From: Eledone cirrhosa
Taxonomy: Eukaryota
Assembly (NCBI GenBank): GCA_964016885.1
Contig: OZ024740.1
Coordinates: forward strand, 208,568,001-208,632,000
Reading direction: 5' to 3'
Length of the DNA stretch: 64,000 bases
Part shown: positions 1 through 12,700 of the stretch, one piece after another
Numbering within the stretch: the first letter of the stretch is position 1
Layout: each line of letters begins with the position of its first letter
Program-made: the position numbers and the translations under genes
The notes under the pieces: model-generated
Told to the model about the DNA's origin: nothing
The model's input: only the letters and a program-made list of their open reading frames with translations
Database searches by the model: none

Positions 1-3000
1 AGGGTTAGGGTTCGGATTAGGGTTAGGGTTAGGGTTACGGATAGTGTTAGGGTTAGGGTTAGGGTTATTGTTAGCGTTAAGGTTAGGTTTAGCGTTAGGA
101 TTAGGGTTAGCGTTCACTTAGGGTTAGGGTTAGGGATAGGGTTACGGTTAGGGTTAGTGATAGGCTAAGGTTTAGGGTTAGGGTTACGGTTAGGTTTAGT
201 GTTAGCGTTAGGGTTAGGTTTAGCGTTAGGGAGAGGGTTAGGGTTAGGGTTAGGTTAGGGTTACGGTTAGGTTATAGGTTTAGGGTTAGGGTTACCGTTA
301 TGGTTAGGATTAGGGTAAGGGTTAGCATTAGGGTTAGGGTTAGGCTTAACTTTAGGGTTAGGGTTAGGGTTAGGGTTAGGGTTAGGGTTAGGTTTAGATT
401 AGGGTTAACGTTAGGCTTAAGATTGGGGTTAGCGTTAATGTCAGGGTTAGGATTACGGTTAGAATTAAGGTTTCGGTTAGCGTTTGGGTTAGGGTTAGGT
501 TTAGGATTATGGTTAGGGTTAGGGTTAAGATTAGGGTTAGGGTTAGGGTTAGGGTTAGGGTTAGGGTTAGGGTTAAGGTTAGGTTTAGTGTTAGAGTTAA
601 GGTTAGGTTTAGCGTTAGGGTTAGGGTTAGGGTTAGTATTAGGGTTAGGGTTAGGGTTAGTGTTAGGGTTAGTGTTAGGGTTAGGGTTAGTGTTAGTGTT
701 AGGGTTAGGGTTAGGGTTAGGGTTAGGGTTAGGGTTAGCTTTAGCGTTAGGATTAGGGTTAGGGTTAGGGATAGGGTTAGTGTTAGGTTTGGGGTTAGGG
801 TTAGGGTTAGGGTTAGGGTTAGGTTTAGTGTTAGCGTTAATGTTTCGGATAGCGTTTGGGTTAGGATTAGCGTTATTGTTAGCGTTAAGTTTAGGTTTAC
901 CGTTAGGATTAGGGTTAGGGTTAGGGTTAGGGTTAGGGTGAGGGTTAGGGTTAGGGTTAAGTTTAGGTTTAGTGTTATCGTTAAGGTTAGGTTTAGCGTT
1001 AATTTAGGGTTAGATTTAGGGTTAGGGTCAGGGTTAGTGTTAAGCTTAGGGTTAGTGTTAGGGTTAGGGTTAGGGTTAGGGTTTTCTTTTGCGTTAGGAT
1101 TAGGGATAGGGTTAGGGTTAGGGTTAGTGTTAGGGTTAGGGTTAGCGTTAGGGTTAGGATTAGGGTTAGGGTTAGGTTTAGTGTTAGCGTTAAGGTTAGG
1201 TTTAGCGTTAGGATTAGGGTTAGGGTTAGGTTTAGGGTTAGGGTTAGGGTTAGGGTTGGGGTTAGGATTAGGGTTAGGTTTAGTGTTAGCTTTAAGGTTA
1301 GGTTTAGCGTTAGGATTAGGGTTAGGGTTAGGTTTAAGGTTAGGCTTAGGGTTAGGGTTAGGGTTAGGGTTAGGGTTAGGGTTAGGTTTCGGGTCAGGTT
1401 TAATGTTAGCGTTAGGGTTAGGTTTAGCGTTAGGATTAGGGTTTGGGTTATGGTTAGGGTTAGGGTTAGGGTTAGGGTTAGGGTTAGAGTTCGGGTTAGG
1501 ATTAGGTTTAGTGTTAGCGTTAAGGTTAGGTTTAACGTTAGGGTTAGGGTTAGATTTAGGGTTAGGGTTAGTGTTAGGGTTAGTGTTAGGGTTAATGTTA
1601 GGGTTAGGGTTAGGGTTAGGGTGAGGGTGAGGGTTACGGTTAGTGTTAGGATTAATGTTAGGTTTATGTTTAGGGTTAGCGTTAAGGTTAGGGTTAGGGT
1701 TGGGGTTAGGGTTTGGGCTAGGGTTACGGTTAGGGTTAGTGTTAGGGTTAGGGTTAGGTTTAGTGTTAGGGTTAAGGTTAGGTTTAGCATTAGGATTAGG
1801 GTTAGTGTTAGGGTTAGGGTTAGGTTTAGGGTTACTATTAGGGTTAGGGTTAGGGTTAGGGTTAGGGTTATATTTAGAGTTAGCGTTAAGGTTAGGGTTA
1901 GGGTTAGGTTTAGTGTTAGCGTTAAGGTTAGGTTTAGCTTTAGGGTTAGGGTTAGGGTTAGGGTAATATTTAGAGTTAGCGTTAAGGTTAGGGTTAGGGT
2001 TAGGGTTAGGGTTAGGTTTAGTGTTAGCGTTAAGGTTAAGTTTAGCGTTAGGATTAGGGTTAGGGTTAGGGTTAGGGTTAGGGTTAGGTTTAGGGTTATG
2101 GTTAGGATTAGGGTTAGGGTTAGTGTTAGGGTTAGGGATAGGTTTAGTGTTAGCGTTAGGGCTAGGTTTAGGGTTAGGGTAAGGGTTATGGTTAGGGTTA
2201 GGCTTAGGGTTAGGGTTAGGTTTAGTGTTAGCGTTAATGTTAGGTTTAGCGTTACGATTAGGGTTAGGGTTAGGTTTAGGGTTAGGGTTATGAATAGGTT
2301 TAGGGGTAGGTTTAGTGTTAGCGTTAAGGTTAGGTATAGCATTAGGATTAGGATTAGGGTTAGGGTTAGGGTTAGGGTTAGGGTTTCGGTTAAGTTTAGT
2401 GTTAGCGTTAAGGTTAGGTTTAGCGTTAGGATTAGGGTTAGGGTTAGGGTTAGGGTTAGCGTTAGGGTTAGGTTTAGAGTGAGCGTTAAGGTTAGGTTTA
2501 GCGTTAGGGTTAGGGTTAGGGTTAGGTTTGCGTTAGGTTTAGGGTTAGGGTTATATTTAGGGTTTGCATTAAGGTTTGGGTTAGGGTTAGGGTTAAGTTT
2601 AGTGTTAGCTTTAAGGTTAGGTTTAGCGTTAGGAATAGGCTTAGGGATAGGGTTAGGGTTAAGGTTAGGGTTAGGTTTAGTGTTAGCGTTAAGGTTAGGT
2701 TTAGCGTTATGATTAGAGTTAGGTTTAGGGTTAGGGTTAGGGTTAGGGTTAGGGTTAGGGTTAGGGTTAGCGTTAAGGTTAGGTTTAGCGTTAGGAATAG
2801 GGTTAGGTTTAGTGCTAGCGTTAAGGTTAGGTTTAGCGTTAGGGTTAGGGTTAGGTTTAGGGTTTGGGTTAGTGTTAGGGTTAGGGTTAAGGTTAGGTTT
2901 AACGTTAGGGTTAGGGTTAGGGTTAGGATTAGGCTTAAATTTAGTCTTAGGGTTAAGGTTAGTGTTAGCGTTAGGGTTAGGGTTAGGGTTAGGGTTAGTG

Positions 3001-6000
3001 TTAGGGTTAGGGTTAGGGTTAGGGTTAGGCTTAGTGTTAGGGTTAGCGTTAGGGTTAGCGTTAGGGTTAGGGTTATCGTTAGGGTTAGGGTTAGGTTTAG
3101 TGTTAGGGTTAGGGTTAGGGTTAGGGTTAGAGTTAGGTTTAGTGTTACGTTTAATTTTAGGTTTAGGATTAGAGTTAGCGTTTCGGTTAATTTTAGCGTT
3201 AGGGTTAATGTTAGGGTTAGTGTTAGGTTTAGTGTTAGGTTTAGTGTTAGGCATAGCGTTACGGTTAGTGTTAGCGTTAGAGTTAGGGTTAGGGTTATCG
3301 TTAGGGATAGCGTTAGCGTAGCGTTACGGTTAGGGTTATGGTTAGCGTTAGGGTTAGGCTAGGTTTAGGGTAGGGTTAGGGTTATGGTTAGTGATAGGGT
3401 TAGGGTTAGGGTTAGAGTTAGGCTTAGCTTTAGGGTTAGGGTTAGGGTTAGGCTTAGGCTTAGCTTTAGGGTTAGTGTTAGGATTAGGTTTAGGGTCAGG
3501 GTTAGGGTTAGTGTTAGGATTAGGGTTAGTGTTAGGGTTCGGATTAGCGTTAGGGTTACAGTTACCGTTAGGTTTAGGGATGGGGTTAGATTTAGGTTTG
3601 GCGTTACGGTTACCGTTATGGTTAGGGTTATGGTTAGCGTTAGGGGTAGCGTTACCGTTATGTTTACGGTTAGGGTTAGGGTTAGGGTTAGGGTTTGGCT
3701 TAGCTATATGGTTAGATTTAGGGTTAGCGTTATGGTTATGGTTAGGGTTAGGGTTAGGGTTAGGGTTAGGATTAGGGTTAGGGTTAGGGATAGCATTAGG
3801 GTTAAGGTAAGATTTAGGGTTAGCGTTAGTGTTAGGGTTAGGTTTAGCGTTTGGGGATAGGGTTAGTGTTAGGGTTAGGGTTAGGGTTAGGGTTAGAGTT
3901 ATGTGTTAGGGCTAGTGTTAGGGGTAGTGTTACTTTTAGTTTTAGGCATAGCGTTAGGGTTAGTGTTAGCGTTATCGTTAGGGTTTGGTTTATCGTTAGG
4001 GATAGCGTTAGCGTAGGGTTACGGTTAGGGTTATGTTTAGCGTTAGGTTTAGGGTTAGTGTTATGGTTCGGGTTAAGGTTAGGGTTAGGGTTAGGGTTAC
4101 ACTTACGGTTAGGGTTAGGGTTGGGGTTAGAGTTATGTGTTAGGGCTAGTGTTAGGGGTGGTGTTACGTTTAGTTTTAGGCATAGCGTTAGGGTTAGTGT
4201 TAGCGTTATCGTTAGGGTTTGGGTTATCGTTAGGGATAGCGTTAGCGTAGCGTTACGGTTAGGGTTATGTTTAGCGTTAGGTTTAGGGTTAGTGTTAGGG
4301 TTCGGGTTAAGGTTAGGGTTAGGGTTATGGTTACTCTTACGGTTAGGGTTAGGGTTGGGGTTAGAGTTGGGGTTTGCGTTAGGGTTAGGGTTAGGGTTAG
4401 GGTTAGGGTTAGGATTAGGGTTAAGGTTAACTCTAGTGTTAGAGGTAGCGTGACCGTTATTGTTACGGTTAGGGTTAGGGATAGCGTTAGGGTTAGGGCT
4501 AGGGTTAGGGTTTGGGTTAGCTATATGGTTAGGGATAGCGTTAGTGTTATGGTTAGGGTTATGATTAGGTTTAGGGTCAGGGTTAGGGTTAGTGTTAGGA
4601 TTAGGGTTAGTGTTAGGGTTCGGATAAGGGATAGGTTAGAGTTAAGGTTAGTGTTACGGTTTGGTTTAGGGTTGCGTTAGAGTTAGGTTTAGCGTTAGGG
4701 TTAGGGTTTGGATTAGGGATAGGATTAGAGTGATGGTTAGGATTAGGGTAAGGGATAGCATTAAGGTTAAGGTATGGTTTAGGGTTAGCATTAGTGTTAG
4801 GGTTAGGGTTAGGGTTTGGGATAGGGTTAATGTTAGCGTTAGAGTTCATTATTAAAGTTAGGATTAGTGTTAGCGTTTGCGTTAGGGTTAGGGTCAGGGT
4901 TAGCGTTTGTGTTAGGGTTAGGGTTAACGTTAGGATGAGGGTTAGGGTTAGTGATAGCGTTAAGATTAGGGTTAGCGTTAATGTGAGGGTTAGGATTATG
5001 GTTAGAATTAAGGTTTCGGTTAGCGTTAAGGTTAGGCTTGGCGTTAGGGCTAGGGTTAGCGTTAGGGTTCGGGTGAGGATTACGGTTAGTGTTACCGTTA
5101 TGGTTAAGGTTAGGTTTAGGCTTAGCATTAGGGTTAGGGTTATCGTTATATTTAGGGTTAGGGTTAGCGTTAGTGTTAGGTTTAGGGTTAGACTTAGGGT
5201 TAGTGTTACGTTTAATGATAGGGTTAGGGTTAGGGTCAGGGTTAGGGTTAGGTTTAGTGTTAGGTATAGGGTTAGGGTTAGGGTTAGGGTTAGGGTTAGG
5301 GTTAGGGTTAGGATTAAGCATATTGATAGGGTTAGGGTCAGGGTTTGGGTTAGTGTTAGGATTAGGGTTAGTGTTTGGGTTCGTGTTAAGGTTAGGTTTA
5401 GGGTTAGGGTTACAGTTACGGTTAGGGTTAGGGTTGGGATTAGTGTTAAGGTTAACTCTAGAGTTAGAGGTAGCGTTACCGTTATTGTTACGGTTAGGGT
5501 TAGGGATAGCGTTAGGGTTAGGGTTAGGGTTAGTGTTAGGATTAGGGTTACCGTTTGGGTTCCGATTAGGGTTAGGTTTAGAGTTAGGGTTAGGGTTACG
5601 GTTTGGGTTAGGGTTAGGGTTAGGTTTAGGGTTAGCGTTAGGGTTAGGTTTAGGGTTAGGGTTACGGATAGGGTTAGGGTGAGCGTTAGGGTTAGGTTTA
5701 GGTTTAGTGTTAGGGTTAGGGTTAGGGTTAGCGTTAGGGGTAGTATTAGTGTTAGGGTTAGCGTTAGGGTTAGGGTTAACGTTAGGGTTAGGGTTAGATT
5801 TAGGTTTAGGGATAGCGTTAGTGATAGGGTTATGTTAGTTTTAGGGTTAGGGTTAGGCTTACGGTTAGCGTTAGGGTTAGGGTTAGGGTTAACGTTAGCC
5901 TTAGGGTTAGTGTTACAGTTAGTGTTAGGGTTAGTGTTAGGGTTAGGGTTAGGGTTATGGTTAGGGTTAGGGTTAGTGTTAGGGTTAGGGTTAGGGTTAG

Positions 6001-6687
6001 GGTTAGGGTTAGGGTTACAGTTTTGGTTAAGGTTAGTGTTAGTGTTAGCGTTAGGGTTAGCTTTAAGTTTAAGTTTAACGTTAGGATTAGGGTTTGAGTT
6101 AGGGTTTGGGTACAGGGTTAGTTTTAGCGTTAGGGTTAAGATTAATGTTAGTGTTATGGTTAAAGATTAGGGTTATGGTTAGGGTTATGTTTAGCGTTAA
6201 GATTAGTGTTATTGTTTAGGCTAGCGTTAGGGTTAGAGTAAGTGTTACTTTTAGGGTTACCGTTATAGTTAGGGTTAGGGTTAGGTTTAGGGTTAGGGTT
6301 AGTGTTAGCGTTCGCGTTAGTGTTACTGTTAGGGTTAGGGTTAGGGTTAGGTTTAGGGTTACCGGTATGGTTAGGGTTAGTTTTAGGGTTAGGGTTAGTG
6401 TTAGGGTTAGGGTTAGTGTTAGGCTTAGTGTTAGGGTTAGGGTTAGGGTTATGGTTATGGTTAGGATTCCGGTTTGTGTTGGGGTTAGGTTTAGCGTTAA
6501 AGTTAGGGTTAACGTAAGGATTATGGTTAGTGTTATCTTTAGCGTTAGGGTTAGGGTTAGCATTAGGGTTAGAGTTAGGTTTGATGTTAGGGTTAGCGTT
6601 ATGTTTACGGTTAACGTAAGGGTTAGGGTTAGAGTTAGATTTAGCGTTAGGGTTAGGGTTAGGATATGAGTTAGGGTTAGGGTTAGT

Positions 6688-6726
<39 letters not shown>

Positions 6727-9700
6727 TTGGGTTAGGGTTAGGTTTAGAGTTAGTGTTAGGTTTAATGTTAGGGTTAGGTTTAGCGTTAGATTTAGGATTT
6801 GGTTTAGAGTTAGGGTTAAGTTTAGGTTTAGGGTTAGTGTTAGGACTAGGGTTATTGTTAGTGTTAGTGTTAAGGTTAGGGTTAGGGTTACGGATAGGGT
6901 TAGGGTGATCGTTAGGGTTAGGTTTAGGTTTAGTGTTAGGGTTAGGTTTAGGATTAGCGTTAGGGGTAATATTAGTGTTAGGGTGATCGTTAGGGTTAGG
7001 GTTAACGTTAGGGTTAGGGTTAGGGTTAGGGATATGGTTAGGATTATGGTCAGGGTGAGAGTTAGAGTTAACGTTAGTGTTAACATTAGTGTTAGAGTTA
7101 GGGTTTGGGTTAGGGATAAGGTTTGTGTTGGGGTTAGGTTTAGCGTTAAATTTAGGGTTAGGGTTAGGGTTTACTTTAGGTTTAGGGTTACGGTTAGGGT
7201 TAGCGTTAGGTTTAGTGTTAGGGTTAGAGTTAGCGTTAGGGTTAAGGTTAGGGTTAGGTTTAGTGTTAGGGTTAGGGTTAGGGTTAGGGTTTGGGTTAAC
7301 ATTAGTGTTAGGGTTAGAGATAGGGTTAGCGTTACGGTTAGTGTTAGGGTAAGTGTTATGGATAGGGGTATGGTTAGTATTAGGGTTAGGGTTAGCGTTA
7401 GAGTTAGGGTTATCGTTAAATTAGGGTTAGTGTTAGTGTTAGGGTTAGGGTTAGGGTTAGGGTTAGGGTTAAGATTAGGGTTAGGGTTATGGTTAGCGTT
7501 AGGTTTAGGGTTATGTTTAGGGTTAGTGTTAGGGTTAGTGTTAGTGTTAAGGTTAGGATTAGGGTTAGGGTTTCGGTTAGGTTTAGTGTTAGGATTAGGG
7601 TTAGGGTTAGGATTAGGCTTAGCCTTAGAGTTAGGGTAAGGTTTAGTGTTAGGGTTAGGGTGAGGGTTATTGTTAGGATTAGGGTTACGGTTAGGGTTAG
7701 GGTTAGCGTTAGGGTTAGTGTTAGCGTTAGGGTTAGGGTTAGGGTTAGGGTTAGTGTTAGGGTTAGGGTTAGGGTAATGGTTAGGGTTAAGGTTAGGGTT
7801 TGATATAGCGTTAGGGGTAGCGTTTGGTTTAGGTTTAGCGCTAGGGTTATGGTTAGGGTTAGCGTTAGGGTTAGGTTTAGGGTTACGTTTAGGCTTAGGA
7901 TTAGTGTTAGGGTTAGCGTTATGGTTAAAGTTTAAGGTTATGGTTAGGGTTATTTTTATCGTTAGTATTAGGGTTATTGTTTGGGTTAGCGTCGGGGTCA
8001 GTATTTGGGTTAGTGTTAGGGTTAGGGTTAGCGTTAGGGTTAGGATTAGGGTTAGGGTTATGGTTAGCGTTAGGTTTAGGGTTATGTTTAGGGTTAGTGT
8101 TAGGGTTAGTGTTAGTGTTAGGGTTAGCATTAGTGTTAGGGTTAGGGTTAGGGTTAGGTTTAGTGTTAGGGTTAGGGTTAGGGTTAGGGTTAGTGTTAGG
8201 GTTAGTGTTAGGGTTAGGGTTACGGTTACGGTTACGGTTACAGTTTTGGTTAGGGTTAGTGTTAGGGTTAGCGTTAGAGTTAGGGTTAGGTTTAGTGTTA
8301 GGGTTAGGGTTAGTGTTAGGGTTACGGTTAGCGTTAGGGTTAGGGTTACCGTTAAGGTTAGGGTTAGGGTTAGGTTTAGGGTTAGGGTTAGGGTTAGCGT
8401 TCGCGTTAGGGTTAGTTTTATCGTTAGGGTTAGGGTTAGATATAGCGTTAGGGTTAGGGTTAGGATTAGGGGTAGGGTTAGAATTAGGCTTACCGTTAGG
8501 GTTAGCTTTAGGGTTAGGGATAGGGTTAGGGTTTGCGTTAGGGTTAGGGTTAGGGTTAGGGTTAGGGTTAGGCTTAGGGTTAGCGTTAGGATTAATGTTA
8601 GGGTTAGTGTTATGGGTAAAGATTAGGGTTTTGGTTAAGGTTATGTTTAGCGTTAAGATTAGGGTTAGCGTTAGGGTTAGGGTAAGTGTTACGGTTAGGG
8701 TTACCGTTATCGTTAGGGTTAGGGTTAGGGTTAGCGTTCGCGTTAGTGTTAGTGTTAGGGTTACGTTTAGGGTTAGGCTTAGGGTTAGGGTTAAGGTAAG
8801 TGTAATGGTTAGGGTTAGCGTTAGCCTTAGCGTTAGTGTTACAATTAATGTTAGGGTTAGTGTTCGTGTTAGGGTTAATGTTAGGGTTAGGGTTAGGGTT
8901 AGGGTTATCGGGATTGGTAGGGTTAGTGTTAGGGTTAGGGTTAGCGTTAGGGTTAGGATTAGGGTTAGGGTTAGGGTTAGGGTTATGGTTAGGGTTAGGG
9001 TTAGGTTGAGTGTTAGGGCTAGGGTTAGGGTAAGTGTTACGGTTAGGCTTGCTGTTATGGTTAGGGTTACGATTAGTGTTAGCGTTAGAGTTAGGGTGTG
9101 GGTTACCGTTAGCGTTAGTGTTAGCGTTAGGGTTAGGGTTAGGGTCAGGGTTAGGGTTAGTGTAGTGGTTAGTGTTAGCGGTAGACTAAAGCGTTACTGT
9201 TACAGTTAGTGTTAGGGTTAGTGTTAGGGTGAGGGTTAGGGTTAGCGTTAGGGTTAACCATAGGTTTAAGTTTAGCGTTAGGATTAGAGTTAGGGTTAGA
9301 GTTTGGGGATAGGGTTAGTTTCAGCGTTAGGGTTAAGATTAAGGTTAGGGTTAGTGTTAGGGTTAGGGTTATGGTTATTGTTAGGGTTACATTTAGCATC
9401 AGGGTTGTGGTTAGCGTTAAGGTTAGATTAAGGTTAGTTTTATCGTTAGGGTTAGGGTTAGATTAGGGTTAAGATTAGCGTTAGGGTTAAGATTAAGGTT
9501 AGTTTTATCGTTAGGGTTAGGGTTAGATATAGCGTTAGGGTTAGGGTTAGGATTAGGGGTAGGGTTAGAATTAGGCTTACCGTTAGGGTTAGCTTTAGGG
9601 TTAGGGATAGGGTTAGGGTTAGGGTTAGGGATAGTGTTAGGGTGAGCGTTAGGGTTAGGGTTAGGGATAGTGTTAGGGTTAGGGTTAGCGTTCGCGTTAG

Positions 9701-12700
9701 TGTTAGTGTTAGGGTTACGGTTAGGGTTAGGCTTAGGGTTAGGGTTAAGGTAAGTGTAGTGATTAGGGTTAGCGTTAGCCTTAGCGTTAGTGTTACAATT
9801 AATGTTAGGGTTAGTGTTCGTGTTAGGGTTAGGGTTAGGGTTAGTGTTAGGGTTAGGATTACCGGGATGGGTAGGGTTAGTGTTAGGGTTAGGGTTAGCG
9901 TTAGGGTTAGGTTTAGGGTTAGGGTTATGGTTAGGGTTAGGGTTAGGTTGAGTGTTAGGGTTAGGGTTAGGTTAAGTGTTACGGTTAGGCTTGCTGTTAT
10001 GGTTAGGCTTACGATTAGCGTTAGCGTTAGAGTTAGGGTTAGGTTTAGTGTTAGGTTTAGGGTTACGGTTAGGGTTACGGTTAGCGTTAGGGTGTGGGTT
10101 ACCGTTAGCGTTAGGGTTAGTGTTAGGAGTAGGGTTAGCGTTAGCCTTAGGGTTAGTGTTAGCGTTAGGGTTAGGGTTAGGGTCAGGGTTAGGGTTAGTG
10201 TAGTGGTTAGTGTTAGCGGTAGACTAAAGCGTTACTGTTACAGTTAGTGTTAGGGTTAGTTATAGGGTGATGGTTAGGGTTAGCGTTAGGGTTAGCGTTA
10301 GGGTTAGCGTTAGGGTTAAGGTTAGCATTAGGGTTAGTGTTAGGTTTAAAGTTAGGGTTAGGTTTAGTGTTAGGGTTTGGGTTAGGGTTAGGGTTAGCAT
10401 TATGGTTCGCGTTAGGGTTAGTGTTAGCGTTAGGGTTAGGGTTAGGTTGTGTGTTAGGGTTAGGTTTAGGGTTAGGATTAGGGTTAGCCTTAGAGTTAGG
10501 GTTAGGTTTAGTGTTAAGGTTAGGGTGAGGGTTAGGATTATGGTTACTGTTAGCGTTAGGGTTAGTGTTAGGATTAGGGTTAGCGTTTGCCTTAGGGTTC
10601 GTGTTAGCGTTAGGGTTAGGGTTAGGGTTAGGGTTAGGGTTAGCGTGATGGTCCGCGTTAGGGTTAGTGTTAGGGTTAGGGTTAGGGTTAGGGTTAGGGT
10701 TAGGGTTAGTGTTAGGTTTAGGGTTAGGGTTATGGTTAGGGTTACGGTTAGGGTTTGTTATAGTGTTAGGGGTAGCGTTCGGTTTAGTGTTACCGCTAGG
10801 GTTATGGTTAGGGTTAGCGTTAGGGTTAGGTTTAGGGTTACGTTTAGGCTTAGGATTAGTGTTAGGGTTAGTGTTATGGTTAAAGTTTAGGGTTATGGTT
10901 AGGGTTATGTTTATCATTAGTATTAGGGTTATTGTTTGGGTTAGCGTTAGGGTCATTATTTGGGATAGTGTTAGGGTTAGGGTTAGTGTTAGGGTTAGGA
11001 TTAGGGTTAGGCTTAGGGTTAGGTTTAGTGTTAGGGTTAGGGTGATGGTTAGGGTTACGGTTAGCGTTAGCCTTAGGGTTCGTGTTAGCGTTAGGGTAAG
11101 GGTTAGGGTCAGTGTCAGTGTTAGGGTTAGTGTAGTGGTTAGTGTTAGCGTTACTGTTACAGTTAGTGTTAGGATTAATGTTAGGGTTAGGGTTAGGGTT
11201 AGGGTTAGTGTTAGTGTTAGGGTTAGTGTTAGGGTTAAGGTTAGGGTTACGGTTACGGTTACAGTTTTGGTTAGGGTTAGTGTTAGGGTTAGCGTTAGGG
11301 TTAGCCTTAGGTTTAAGTTTAGCGTTAGGATTAGGGTTAGGGTTACGGTTAGCGTTAGTTTTAGGGTTAGGGTTAGGGTTTGGGGATAGGGTTAGTTTTA
11401 GCGTTAGGGTTAAGATTAAGGTTAGGCTTAGTGTTAGGGTTAGGGTTATGGTTATTTTTAGGGTTACATTTAGCATCAGGGTTGTGGTTAGCGTTAGGGT
11501 TAGGGTAAGTGTTACGGTTAGTGTTACCGTTATGGTTAGGGTTAGGGTTAGGGTTATGGTTAGGGTTAGGGTTAGCGTTAGGGTTCGCGTTAGGGTTAAT
11601 GTTAGGGTTAGGGTTAGGTTTAGGGTTATGGTTATGGTTAGGGTTAAGGTTAGGGTTTGTTATAGTGTTAGGGGTAGCGTTAGGTTTAGGGTTAGCGCTA
11701 GGGTTATGGTTAGGGTTAGGGTTAGGGTTAGGTTTAGGGTTACGTTTAGGCTTAGGATTAGTGTTAGGGTTAGTGTTATGGTTAAAGTTTAGGGTTATGG
11801 TTAGGGTTATGTTTATCCTTAGTATTAGGGTTATTGTTTGGGTTAGCGTTAGGGTCAGTATTTTGGTTAGTGTTAGGGTTATGGTTAGCGTTAGGTTTGG
11901 GGCTATGTTTAGGGTTAGTGTTAGGGTTAGTGTTAGTGTTAGGGTTAGGATTAGGGCTAGGGTTAGGATTAGGGTTAGCCTTAGAGTTAGCGTTAGGTTT
12001 AGTGTTAGGGTTAGGGTGAGGGTTAGGGTTACGGTTACCGTTAGCGTTAGCGTTAATGTTAGGATTAGGGTTAGCGGTAGCCTTAGGGTTCGTGTTAGCG
12101 TTAGGGTTAGGGTTAGTGTTAGGGTTATGTTTAGGGTTAGCGTTAGGGTTCGCGTTAGGGTTAGTGTTAGGGTTAGGGTTAGGGTTAGGGTTATGGTTAG
12201 GGTTAAGGTTAGGCTTTGTTATAGTGTTAGGGGTAGCGTTAGGTTTAGGGTTAGCGCTAGGGTTAGGGTTAGGGTTAGCGTGAGGGTTAGGTTTAGGGTT
12301 ACGTTTAGTCTTAGGATTAGTGTTAGGGTTAGTGTTATAGTTAAAGTTTAGGGTTATGGTTAGGGTTATGTTTATCCTTAGTATTAGGGTTATTGTTTGG
12401 GTTAGCGTTAGGGTCAGTATTTGGGTTAGTGTTAGGGTTAGGGTTAGCGTTAGGGTTAGGATTAGGGTTAGGGTTATGGTTAGCGTTAGGTTTAGGGTTA
12501 TGTTTAGGGTCAGTGTTAGTGTTAGTGTTAGCATTAGGGTTAGGGTTAGGGTTACGTTTAGTGTTAGGGTTAGGGTGAGGGTTAGGGTTACGGTTACCGT
12601 TAGCGTTAGGGTTAGTGTTACGATTAGGGTTAGCGTTAGCCTTAGGGTTCGTGATAGCGTTAGGGTTAGGGTTAGGGGTCAGAGTTAGGGTTAGTGTAGT